DNA of 34,119 nt from Ruminiclostridium sp. (GTDB lineage Bacteria; Bacillota; Clostridia; Acetivibrionales; DTU013): assembly GCA_012027035.1 (NCBI GenBank), contig VEPD01000072.1, forward strand, positions 1-34,119. Reading direction: 5' to 3'. Under the pieces are notes generated by a model that saw only the letters and a list, made by a program, of their open reading frames with translations, had not been told where the DNA came from and did no database searches. The translations under genes were made by a program, and so were the position numbers. Below are positions 18,931 to 28,197 of this stretch, one piece after another (within the stretch, counting starts at the first letter, position 1; every line of letters starts with the position of its first letter).

Positions 18931-19218
18931 TCACGCTTTATCCCCTCTCCCCCGCGTACTTTCAACATTATGTATATGTACATGCTGTCCCGGCAGGATA
19001 TCCTCCGTAGCTGTACCGATAGGATAGCCGTATTTTATTACCTGCTGTCCGCACAGAATATGCCGGACCGCAATTTTGTGGCCTGGCGCAATCGTATCTT
19101 TAAGCATGACTTCAAAGCGCTTTTCTTCAAAATATATTGTAACTGACTCCCCTTCTTTTTCGCCTATCAGAGCTGTTGCAACATTGTCCCCGCCGTCAAT
19201 CATAATAAACCTTCCCAT
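18931..19218 (-). CDS. UxaA-family dehydratase small subunit (SAF domain)
   Basis: DNVATAL, IAPGHKIA, VIKYGYPIG, GQHVHIHNVES motifs. ATG 19218 or GTG 19224. Confidence 0.9.
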   Translation of the reverse strand: MGRFIMIDGGDNVATALIGEKEGESVTIYFEEKRFEVMLKDTIAPGHKIAVRHILCGQQVIKYGYPIGTATEDILPGQHVHIHNVESTRGRGDKA

Positions 19219-19245
19219 GTCCACATCCTACCACCCTTTTAAAGT

Positions 19246-20403
19246 TTATGGATTTACCGATGTCCTGTAAAAGTCAAACTCATCGAACCCGAGTTCCTCG
19301 GCACAACACAGCATTTTGCCGTTAAGTATTTCAAGCATAAGATTAAAAAGCTCTTCCCCTGCTTTTTCTATACTATTCTTACCATCAATTATTCCGTTTA
19401 CAATATAATCCATATTGCAGCCCATCTTAATACCTGTTTCAGGAGTCCCGGTAATCTTCACAACAGGGGCGATCGTACTACCGACAGGCGTACCCAATCC
19501 AGTGGTAAACAGGATTATCTGGGCGCCGGAAGCAGTCATGCCGGTGTTGCAAACAACATCCTGGGAAGGGCCGTCCATAATTACAAGCCCTCTTTTTGAA
19601 GGCTTTTGCCCGTATAGGATCACTTCCTGAATTGGTGATTTCCCACCTTTATGTATTGCACCAAGGGACTTCTCTTCTATAGTTGTCAATCCTCCCTCAA
19701 TATTTCCAAGAGAAGGCTGGGTTCCGCGTATATCAACTCCATAACTCATCATAGTCTTTTCATATTCATTAACCATTGTCTTGATTTGATATGCTATCTC
19801 CTCATTTGCAGCTCTTTTTACAAGGCACTGCTCCGCCCCTATGAATTCGGTGACTTCTCCCAAAAGTACGGTTCCTCCCATTGAAACTACCTTATCTGCC
19901 GCAATACCAACTACCGGATTGGCGATAATGCCGGAGAATGTATCCGAACCTCCGCATTTTACTCCAAGAAGCAGATTTTCCATTCCCACAGGCACCCTCT
20001 TGATGTTCTCAATTTCACTTTTCCATCTCTCCAGTATGTTAACACCCTTTTCTATGGTTGAAGCAGTACCCCCGTCTTTTTGTATAGCAAGTACTTCAAC
20101 AGGTTTCCCTGACCGGCTGATCTCCTGTGCAAGCTCCATACCGCCAATTTTCTCACAACCCAGGGCCACTACCAGTACTGCAGCGACATTAGGATTTTTT
20201 CCTATTCCCTCAAGAGTCCTTTTCGCTATTTTATAGTCCTCTCCTATATGACCGCATCCGTGAAAATTATGCGCAATTGAAACGCCAGCCTTCTCCGCCA
20301 TTATTCTGGCAGTCTTTTCCGCGCATATAACAGTAGGGAGAACCAGTATATGGTTTCTGAAGCCTATTGTGCCATTTTCCCTTGGATAACCGTATAACAG
20401 CAT
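19246..20403 (-). CDS. UxaA-family (altronate/galactarate dehydratase, SuyB-like) large subunit
   Basis: 385 aa; GYPRENGTIGFRNH, HGCG, ALGCE, KCGGSD, PSLGNIEGGLTTIEEKSLG, FTTGLGTP. Confidence 0.92.
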   Translation of the reverse strand: MLLYGYPRENGTIGFRNHILVLPTVICAEKTARIMAEKAGVSIAHNFHGCGHIGEDYKIAKRTLEGIGKNPNVAAVLVVALGCEKIGGMELAQEISRSGKPVEVLAIQKDGGTASTIEKGVNILERWKSEIENIKRVPVGMENLLLGVKCGGSDTFSGIIANPVVGIAADKVVSMGGTVLLGEVTEFIGAEQCLVKRAANEEIAYQIKTMVNEYEKTMMSYGVDIRGTQPSLGNIEGGLTTIEEKSLGAIHKGGKSPIQEVILYGQKPSKRGLVIMDGPSQDVVCNTGMTASGAQIILFTTGLGTPVGSTIAPVVKITGTPETGIKMGCNMDYIVNGIIDGKNSIEKAGEELFNLMLEILNGKMLCCAEELGFDEFDFYRTSVNP

Positions 20404-20586
20404 CTCTCTGCTCCTCTACATGCAGCCTGTCTTCCTCAACTGCTCAGCAATTACGTTTCTGATGCTTTCCAGGCTTTTTAACATTAAAATCTCATCATTG
20501 TGCATACTTCTATAGTCCGGTAATGGAGACATCCCTGTCCGAGCCCCGGGTATCAACTATTTCTATTTTAACATAACGGCAGGTGA

Positions 20587-21753
20587 TTAAACAATTGCAT
20601 GAAATAATTCCTTATGGGCTAAAGCATATTCCTCAGATGCTTCTGTCAAAGCAGCCAGGTTTTCTACAGGCGTCCCGGGGCAAACATTTGCACCGTCTCC
20701 AAGCATCAGGCCGCCGTATGGCGCCATTTCCTCCAGCGCCGCCATACAGGCCTTTTTTACTTCAGCTTTGCTTCCGGACATCATCAATACAGGGTCTATA
20801 TTGCCCCACAAAAGTACTTTTCCACCCATATTCTCAGCTGCGGTTTTTGGAGGAACAAGGTGCCCAAAAAGATTAAAGCTGGAAATCCTTAGATCCTCAA
20901 CGAGAGTTTTGTGCAGATGAATACTGTTTCCGCACATGTGCATTCCCCTGCTGTCCAACATCCCCGTGCCGAATCTGTCATACAATATCTTGTCATATGG
21001 AACGGTGAATTCTTTAAATAAATCATCAGACATTATTTGGGACGAATCCTCAGCCAACCAAAATGCGGAACGCTCCCGCGGGTCAATTTTTCTTGCATTT
21101 TCTTCAATAAGTATCATCCCTTTTGTAATTTTGTCCAAAAGCTTATGGCATTCTTCGGGATATTCCAGCATCCACCAGTAAAAATCAGCGCCCGCCAGAT
21201 CGACCGCAATCATATGGGGCCCTATGCCCAGCAAGGTAATAGGTGCCATTTCCACCCTGCCTTTTTGTCCATTGAAGGTGATATCGGTTTCCTTTGCCAG
21301 TTCCTTCATTTTAAGCCACCAGTCAATGGTCCTTCCGCATAACTGAGCATCAGGCTCAGGTATTTTGAAACTTTCTATTTCACTTGCATCCTTCATTGTA
21401 GGAATGGCATGGAGCGTTTCGTTTTTAGGCCATGCCACCTCCGCGCCAAAAGCTGAAGAAGTAATCACATTGTCAAAATAAGGATGCATATAAATGACAG
21501 GCTCAGTGCAGAAATCACATGGTATGTTCTCAATCTGATATTTTGCGAACTGCAGCAGCCAATAATACTGGGTTTCTGCGTCCCTAAAAATATCATTGTA
21601 GTCTATGCCGAAGCCCCTGGTAAAATACCTGGCCACGATACAAAAATTGACCGGCACACGGTCATGGTACTTGAAATACGGCCTTGCCTCCATCCTCTTT
21701 TTACTATTTTCCATCTTCTCAGGCGAATAATTGATATCCAATGAATATTTCAT
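20587..21753 (-). CDS. Uroporphyrinogen decarboxylase / MtaA-CmuA methyltransferase-like protein (paralog B)
   Basis: 388 aa; aligns without gaps to 4149-5315; HMCG, GNIDP and DGANVCPGTP motifs; AAGGAG RBS. Confidence 0.85.
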   Translation of the reverse strand: MKYSLDINYSPEKMENSKKRMEARPYFKYHDRVPVNFCIVARYFTRGFGIDYNDIFRDAETQYYWLLQFAKYQIENIPCDFCTEPVIYMHPYFDNVITSSAFGAEVAWPKNETLHAIPTMKDASEIESFKIPEPDAQLCGRTIDWWLKMKELAKETDITFNGQKGRVEMAPITLLGIGPHMIAVDLAGADFYWWMLEYPEECHKLLDKITKGMILIEENARKIDPRERSAFWLAEDSSQIMSDDLFKEFTVPYDKILYDRFGTGMLDSRGMHMCGNSIHLHKTLVEDLRISSFNLFGHLVPPKTAAENMGGKVLLWGNIDPVLMMSGSKAEVKKACMAALEEMAPYGGLMLGDGANVCPGTPVENLAALTEASEEYALAHKELFHAIV

Positions 21754-21889
21754 AAGAATTCTCCTTTTATCTGATATGAATTATCAATATAATCTATTTT
21801 ATAATTAAATTGTACTTGATAATATATACGCTGTCATTACATAATGGTATACTAATATATAAAATAAGTATACTCAGGAGTTGATATTT

Positions 21890-22756
21890 ATGTCTGAACT
21901 TGCCATAAACCCTGAAGTCAAACCGGGGTATGAACTGTTTTTAAACCATACGGCAAGCATTCTTGCAATGTCCGCCTTTTTTTATATCCAGCATATCGGT
22001 CATCATTTTTTTGATAAAGACAGTCTTTTCTGTGAAAGAAAAGACTTCAAGAGCATCCTTGTAGTTTATACTCTTGGAGGTAAAGGCTTTTTGAGCTACA
22101 AAGGAAGAAATTATGAAATCAGCAAAGGGCAGGTTATGATCATCAACTGCATGGATTACCATATCATGCGTTCGGATCCCAAACTCGGCTGGCATTATAA
22201 ATGGGTGCATTTTTATGGCTGCAGCGCCGAGACCTATTTCAACCTGATATACGAAAAATATGGTGTAGTGATGGACTTTTCAGACGATACCTACATCACA
22301 CAAAGTATCGACAATATGATTGATCTCGTTCAAACATCTGACATGCATACTGAAATTAAAGCATCGAATATTTTAAACAGTATTCTCACTCATATTTTTA
22401 TCATGGGCAATTCCCCAAATGGTAAAAAGCCATTAAGAATGAGAATGCAAGCCGTTTTGGACTTTATTAAAGACAATTATTCATCTGATTTATCAAGCAG
22501 TGACCTGGTCAAAATCTCCTGCTACAGCAAATGTTACTTGTTCAGAGTCTTCAAGGCAATCACCGGATATCACCCGTATGAATATATAATTAAATACAGG
22601 ATAAGCAAGGCAAAGGATCTTTTAAATGTTTCCAGCATGAGCATCGATGAAATCGCCCACAGTATAGGCTTCGAAAGCACCAGCAATTTTATTAACACAT
22701 TTAAAAAGATAGAGGGAATGACGCCGCTTAAGTTCAGGAAAGCCCAGGTGTATTGA
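21890..22756 (+). CDS. AraC-family transcriptional regulator
   Basis: ATG 21890 after AGGAG; N-terminal binding domain (WHYKWVHFYG) and HTH IAHSIGFESTSNFINTFKKIEGMTP. Confidence 0.93.
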   Translation: MSELAINPEVKPGYELFLNHTASILAMSAFFYIQHIGHHFFDKDSLFCERKDFKSILVVYTLGGKGFLSYKGRNYEISKGQVMIINCMDYHIMRSDPKLGWHYKWVHFYGCSAETYFNLIYEKYGVVMDFSDDTYITQSIDNMIDLVQTSDMHTEIKASNILNSILTHIFIMGNSPNGKKPLRMRMQAVLDFIKDNYSSDLSSSDLVKISCYSKCYLFRVFKAITGYHPYEYIIKYRISKAKDLLNVSSMSIDEIAHSIGFESTSNFINTFKKIEGMTPLKFRKAQVY

Positions 22757-22840
22757 GATTTCAAGGAAAGGTTTGTTACAGTACTACGCCGTATGATATA
22801 CTAATACCATATTTAAAGTTTTATGGAATAAGGAAGATTA

Positions 22841-23743
22841 ATGAACAGTAACTATACATTCTACGAAGTACCAAATAATCTAAAAAATGACCATATGACG
22901 GATTTCATAAATGAAATGACCTTTATCCCCCATGCCTTCGGTCATCAGTCCAGGGATCCCAGGGCAGTCTGCAATGAAAGGATTACCGGCGATTTTGAGC
23001 TGATTTGCATAGTAGGAGGAGAAAGCGTCATCACAATTGATAACAATATCTACACCTGTACCGCAGGAGATGTAGTACTGATTCCACCTTTTACAATGCA
23101 TAAGATACAAACACCCGAATTTAATCCGCACGAGAATTACTGGGTTCATTTCGACATTTATCCTTTTCATCTTCATAAGGATTTTACAGCGGCTATGATT
23201 GACAATACAGACTATGTTATTCATCCCGGAATGCCATGGGAACTGGTTTCCCTATATCAATTGCTCAAAAATGAAATAGAATCAGAAAAACCTGGAAGAA
23301 TGTTGTTCGTCAGCACTATACTGGTACAGATCATCACTGCAATACTCAGACTCCGCAAAGGCTCTACACTTCAGGAAAAAACTACTCCTTCAGGAAATCC
23401 TGCAGAAGCCGAAACTGTCCGCAAGTGTCTTGAATTGATTCAAAATAATGTATTTACCGGTATAGGTATCGCAGCCTTATGCAAAGAGCTTCATATAAGC
23501 GAATCCTGCCTTTTTAAATCTTTCTCACTTATACTGAATATGTCGCCTAATCATTTCATTCAAATGGTAAGAATTAAAAAAGCTGAACAATTGATAAAAA
23601 TTACCAATCATACTATAAAGGAAATATCGGAAATGCTTGGTTTTTCCTCTCCTTATTATTTCAGTAATGTTTTTAAAAAATTTTTCAAGGTTTCTCCCCG
23701 GGAATATATGCGTTCTCTCAACAGTTCAGTTCACAAATATTAA
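22841..23743 (+). CDS. AraC-family transcriptional regulator (cupin sensor domain)
   Basis: GDVVLIPPFTMH cupin motif; ISEMLGFSSPYYFSNVFKKFFKVSP HTH. Confidence 0.93.
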   Translation: MNSNYTFYEVPNNLKNDHMTDFINEMTFIPHAFGHQSRDPRAVCNERITGDFELICIVGGESVITIDNNIYTCTAGDVVLIPPFTMHKIQTPEFNPHENYWVHFDIYPFHLHKDFTAAMIDNTDYVIHPGMPWELVSLYQLLKNEIESEKPGRMLFVSTILVQIITAILRLRKGSTLQEKTTPSGNPAEAETVRKCLELIQNNVFTGIGIAALCKELHISESCLFKSFSLILNMSPNHFIQMVRIKKAEQLIKITNHTIKEISEMLGFSSPYYFSNVFKKFFKVSPREYMRSLNSSVHKY

Positions 23744-23849
23744 ACTGATTTTTACTGTATTTTATATGTTTTGTACAGGATATGGCATTCGCTTGCAATA
23801 ATATCTTTTATATAATCATTTAAAGAAAATATCTATCGGAGGCAACCGT

Positions 23850-24932
23850 ATGAGTATCGATTTCAAACCTTCATACTGGGAAAAAATTAGGGAAATCTAT
23901 GGTTTATGGTGGGTGGGAAAACTTGACAGACCAATAATTCCAGTTATTCTTGAAGGAAAAGATCCTGGCAGGTGCGAGCCTGATGCCCCACTGATCACGC
24001 AAGCCAATTGCAATGATCTGACTGTTGACTCACAGGATATTGTAGATAGAATCGATTATGAGCTTTCGAAGTACAAGTATCTGGGAGACGCCTTTCCATT
24101 TTACAATTTGGACTGCTTCGGGCCGGGTGTTATAGCAGCATTTTTGGGCGCAGATCTGGACAATTCAACAGGGCGCGTATGGTTTCACCCAAAAAAAATT
24201 CTGCCGATTTCAGAAATCCATTTTGAATATAATCCGGACAATATCTGGCTTAACCGTATCAAAGATATCTGCGCTACGGCAATGAATCGCTGGCAGGGTC
24301 AAGTATTGCTTGGCATGCCTGATATTGGCGGGCCTATGGATATTTTATCCGTTTTCAGACCGGCAGACAACCTTCTATTGGATTTGTACGATTATCCGGA
24401 GGAAGTGAACAGGCTGGTCTGGGAATTACATGATTTGTGGCACCGTTTTTTTAACGAAATCAATGATGTACTCATGCCTGTGAACCCCGGTTATTCCAAC
24501 TGGTCCCAACTTTACTGCGACAAACCTTCTTATGTGCTGCAGTGTGATTTCAGTTACATGATCAGTCCGGCTATGTTCAATGAATTTGTCAAGCCTGAAC
24601 TTATCGCTTCCAGCAGAAAGCTTCCCCATACCATGTACCATCTGGATGGAATAGGCCAGTTGAACCATCTGGATTCCCTGCTTGAAATAGAGGAGTTGGA
24701 TGCGGTGCAGTGGGTTCCCGGTGAAGGAAAGCCCAATCAATCGGAATGGCCTGAAGTGTATCGGAAAATATACATGTCCGGAAAAGGAATACAGCTATTC
24801 AACGGAATTAAATGTCTTGATGAAGTTGCAGCCCAAATAGGCTCATACAAAGGAATACTCCATATGCCGATCGGAGGAGACGTCTCACAGGAGACCGAAT
24901 ATAGAAGAATGCTTGAAAAATACGGAATTTAA
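23850..24932 (+). CDS. Divergent URO-D/methyltransferase-like TIM-barrel protein
   Basis: 360 aa; LLDLYDYPEEV, QCDFSYMISPAMFNEFVKP, YHLDG, VQWVPG; GGAGG RBS. Confidence 0.75.
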   Translation: MSIDFKPSYWEKIREIYGLWWVGKLDRPIIPVILEGKDPGRCEPDAPLITQANCNDLTVDSQDIVDRIDYELSKYKYLGDAFPFYNLDCFGPGVIAAFLGADLDNSTGRVWFHPKKILPISEIHFEYNPDNIWLNRIKDICATAMNRWQGQVLLGMPDIGGPMDILSVFRPADNLLLDLYDYPEEVNRLVWELHDLWHRFFNEINDVLMPVNPGYSNWSQLYCDKPSYVLQCDFSYMISPAMFNEFVKPELIASSRKLPHTMYHLDGIGQLNHLDSLLEIEELDAVQWVPGEGKPNQSEWPEVYRKIYMSGKGIQLFNGIKCLDEVAAQIGSYKGILHMPIGGDVSQETEYRRMLEKYGI

Positions 24933-25004
24933 AGTGCGTTCGCGGTTATTTCTGCAGGGCGTATGAATGCCGATATATTAATGTAACCTTCATTGCAGTA
25001 CTGA
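24933..25004. repeat. Degenerate partial copy of the 13074-13186 element
   Basis: AGTGCGTT..CGC..TATTTCTG..GGCGtATgAATGCCGATaTAtTAATG..TGcAGTACT aligns collinearly to about 13112-13190. Confidence 0.7.
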
Positions 25005-26297
25005 TTAACTGCTCTGCTTCAGCCCAATTTCCTTGAACACCCTTATCCTGGCCTGCAGTTCCGGATATGCGGCAACCGTTCCGGGTGCAAACATACCCTT
25101 TGCTTTGTCCTCCGTAGCAGCCTTTTCATGACCGATAAGCGCCCAGGTGGAATCGATGAGATTATCGAATTCCTTGTTCTCCATGGCTTTGCAAACGAAT
25201 GACTGCCTTGGCGAATTGATATCCTCACCGCTTATCTGGAACAATTCATGCCTATCGCACAAGGTTTTTACCCTTTTCAACTGCTTTATGGTATTTCTGG
25301 ACGGCATATAGGTGACCCCGTTAAAACCTAGTTTCTTCAAGAGTTCAAATAGTTCATCGATATAGTCATCCTCGAACTTCTGACTCTTCTTATCGCCTGT
25401 GACCGAATCACCGATATCCCCCAGATATGCATATGCGGATATTGCTCCTATGCTCCCCGTCAATTCGATAAAATCCTTTACATCAGGGCATTCTGCTTTT
25501 GCATCGATATAAAAGTCCTCAACCATTTCAGCTTTTAAAAGGCCCAGCAAATCATACCCATAATAAGGATTTTGCGGATCAAGCAGCATATTTTGTATTT
25601 TAGCGTCTATATTGAGTTTAAGACAATTTTTTAAGTATTCAAGCAATCCTGAACCTTTACCGAATTTGTCAACCAACTTAAGAGAAAGTGCATAAAGTAT
25701 ATGCCTTTCCGTTATGCTTCCACCCTCTTTATACATGGAAAGAGGCTTTACATCCTTTTCAAAATCCAGTTTGATACCTGCATTAGCGACCAGCTTGCCT
25801 ATCTTTCCCAGCATCAGTTCGTTACGCTTGTTTCTTTCAATAAGGTATGGCTGAAAGAACTTTTTAACATCCTCAATCCGGTTATGAGGAATACCGTGGA
25901 TTGCTACATATGCGACAGATCTCTGGTCAGGGTGGTTAATTCTTTTCCCTGCCAGAGGTGTTCCTGAAAAATCCACCCTGCATTCAGTACCTACCGTGGC
26001 TGCCATGCCGGTAATCTTCCCTGCCTGTATGAATTCCTCCGCTCCGCTGACGGAATCGTGGTCAACAATACCTGCCGTAATGAGGCCGGAATTGTATGCC
26101 ATCCACAAAGCCCTGGTTGGTGAATAGGGTGAAAAAGAATATGTCGTATGTATATGGTTATTGACGTATCCGCCATTCACAGGCCGTTGAATTTCTCCTG
26201 CATTAACCATGTTCATCAGCTTTCGAAGGCTGTCAAGCCTGATTTCAGCATCGCTGCTGTTAAGTTCATCAATTAATTTTAAATAATCTTCATTCAT
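25005..26297 (-). CDS. PHP-domain protein with atypical metal-ligand motifs
   Basis: 430 aa; NNHIHTTYS and GIVDHD motifs; later motifs read AYAYLGD and SGEDINSP. Confidence 0.8.
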   Translation of the reverse strand: MNEDYLKLIDELNSSDAEIRLDSLRKLMNMVNAGEIQRPVNGGYVNNHIHTTYSFSPYSPTRALWMAYNSGLITAGIVDHDSVSGAEEFIQAGKITGMAATVGTECRVDFSGTPLAGKRINHPDQRSVAYVAIHGIPHNRIEDVKKFFQPYLIERNKRNELMLGKIGKLVANAGIKLDFEKDVKPLSMYKEGGSITERHILYALSLKLVDKFGKGSGLLEYLKNCLKLNIDAKIQNMLLDPQNPYYGYDLLGLLKAEMVEDFYIDAKAECPDVKDFIELTGSIGAISAYAYLGDIGDSVTGDKKSQKFEDDYIDELFELLKKLGFNGVTYMPSRNTIKQLKRVKTLCDRHELFQISGEDINSPRQSFVCKAMENKEFDNLIDSTWALIGHEKAATEDKAKGMFAPGTVAAYPELQARIRVFKEIGLKQSS

Positions 26298-26403
26298 TAA
26301 AAAGTCACCTCATAATTTGATTCAACTAAACAGTATGGAAAAAGTGCATCCTGCATTTATTCACTTAATCCTGCTTCCCTTCAATCAATGTAAAATAGCC
26401 GGC

Positions 26404-27195
26404 TTACCGCATTTCCTGCCCGCCGGTTACATTTATAGCCTGTCCCGTCATATAGCTTGCCTGGTCGGAGGCAAGGAATACAAGTACGTTTGCTATATCT
26501 TCATATTGTGTACTCCGCTTAAGCGGCACCTGATCCAAGTATTTCTGTCTTACCTGTTCTTCGGTTATTCCCTGATTGGCTGCATACTGCTTGAAAAGGC
26601 TGTTGGGTCCCTGCGTCCACAAAGGCGAATCAAGAAGGTTGCCTGGACAAATGGCATTTACCCTTATACCAAATTCGGCTAATTCCAATGCAAGGCTTTG
26701 TGTAAATCCGATGCCGCCGAACTTGGCGGAAGCATATGCGGAGTTTTTATATGAGCCCTTTTTCCCTGATTTGCTGTTTATCTGGATTATACTTCCCTTA
26801 CGTTTAGGTATCATCACTTTGGCGGCTGTTTTGGCGCAAAGGAAATAACCCACAAGGTTTACTTCCATCATCTTTCTCCACTGCTCCACTGGAAATTCAA
26901 CCACCGGCTTCGCAATAAGTATGGCTGCGTTTGAAACCATTAAATCCAGTGTTCCGTATTTCTTAACAGCTGCATCCACCATGGCTTCCACCTGCTGTTC
27001 ATCGCATACGTCCACCTTTACTGCAATAGCGTTGCTCAAACTTTTTGCAACATTATCCGCCGCTTCAAAATTGATATCGGCTGCAACCACTTTGCAGCCC
27101 TCCTGGTCCAGCCTGCGTGCCAGGGCCTCTCCAAGCCCCTGTCCGGCGCCTGTGATTATTGCTACCTGTCCATCCAGTCTTCTTAATTGACACAT
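26404..27195 (-). CDS. srlD: Sorbitol-6-phosphate 2-dehydrogenase-like SDR
   Basis: TGAGQGLG, IQINSKSGKKGS, YASAKFGG, GNLLDSP, YLDQVPLKR and TGQAINVTGGQEM closely follow SrlD. ATG 27195 after AAAGGA. Confidence 0.85.
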   Translation of the reverse strand: MCQLRRLDGQVAIITGAGQGLGEALARRLDQEGCKVVAADINFEAADNVAKSLSNAIAVKVDVCDEQQVEAMVDAAVKKYGTLDLMVSNAAILIAKPVVEFPVEQWRKMMEVNLVGYFLCAKTAAKVMIPKRKGSIIQINSKSGKKGSYKNSAYASAKFGGIGFTQSLALELAEFGIRVNAICPGNLLDSPLWTQGPNSLFKQYAANQGITEEQVRQKYLDQVPLKRSTQYEDIANVLVFLASDQASYMTGQAINVTGGQEMR

Positions 27196-27257
27196 ATATA
27201 TCATCCTTTGGTATTATTTTTATGTTTATTACCGCGAAATGCAGCTTTGCTTACCAG

Positions 27258-28031
27258 CTAAAGCAATGCTACATTGAATTTCTCCGCTTCATTTATTATG
27301 TCCTGGGGCAGGGTGGTTTCAGCCACCCATACATCAATATCATCCAGGGCGGCATAGGTAAACGGCAGATTTTTGTTGACTTTGGAAGTATCCATCAGTA
27401 AAATGACTTTTCTTGCCCTTTTGATGATCTTTCTTTTCAATTCGCACTCATAGATGTTTGATACTGTAAAGCCGCTATCTATTGAGAATCCGGAAGACGC
27501 CATAAAAGCCGTATCGATATTGACGCTATCAAGAGACAGAATGGCGTCCGGGCCTGAAGTGGAAAGTGTATTGCGGTTTACAAGGCCTCCCAGGAGCACT
27601 ACTGAAGTGCGGAGCTTCTTTACAAGCTCAAGAGCTATATTGGCGCCACTGGTAAATATGGAATAGCTGTCATCGGCCAATATCCTTGCAAGGCACATTA
27701 CTGTGCTGCCTGCATCAAAGTAAATCGACCGGCCCTTTTCCACCATGTCAATTGCCTTATCCGCTATTTTCAGTTTTGCTTCCACATTCTCCGCCGCTCT
27801 TCTTGAATATGAATCTTCTTCGCCACTGTAAACTGTGCCTGCAGAGAGCCTTTTCAGGCTGACAGCCCCACCGTGGGTGCGAATTAACCGTCCTTCGGAT
27901 TCAAGCCCTATAAGATCCCTTCTGAGTGTCATCATGGAAACGTCAGGAAACAATTCTTTTAATTGCTGAAGCTGAACTTCGCTTTTACTGTCAAGCAGTT
28001 GAAGAATCTGCTGTTGCCTGCTGTTGTTCAT
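27258..28031 (-). CDS. DeoR/GlpR-family transcriptional regulator
   Basis: ATG 28031 after GGAGGAG; VSMMTLRRDL, RTHGGA, IYFDAGST, LMDTSK. Confidence 0.95.
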   Translation of the reverse strand: MNNSRQQQILQLLDSKSEVQLQQLKELFPDVSMMTLRRDLIGLESEGRLIRTHGGAVSLKRLSAGTVYSGEEDSYSRRAAENVEAKLKIADKAIDMVEKGRSIYFDAGSTVMCLARILADDSYSIFTSGANIALELVKKLRTSVVLLGGLVNRNTLSTSGPDAILSLDSVNIDTAFMASSGFSIDSGFTVSNIYECELKRKIIKRARKVILLMDTSKVNKNLPFTYAALDDIDVWVAETTLPQDIINEAEKFNVALL

Positions 28032-28061
28032 TTTCTCCTCCGCCCTCCCCAAATATTTTTT

Positions 28062-28195
28062 CCTTTTCAAAAGGGGACATTCCTCAGGCTCTCGTAGCCC
28101 TTCTTCTTTGCTGACGTGTGTCCCCTTACCTTTTCAAAAGGGGACATTCCTCAGGCCCTTGTAGCCCTTCTTCTTTGCTGAGGTGTGTCCCCTTA
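28062..28195. repeat. Tandem 2 x 67 bp palindromic (REP-like) repeat
   Basis: Units 28062-28128 and 28129-28195 are 64/67 identical; each has AAGGGGACA...TGTCCCCTT arms. Confidence 0.9.
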
Positions 28196-28197
28196 CC

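Noticed and set aside
22780-22808. AGTACTACGCCGTA...TACTAATAC as a fourth MITE remnant
   Set aside because: Match is too short to separate from chance.
28062-28195. Mini CRISPR array
   Set aside because: Only two contiguous units, no unique spacers, no cas genes.
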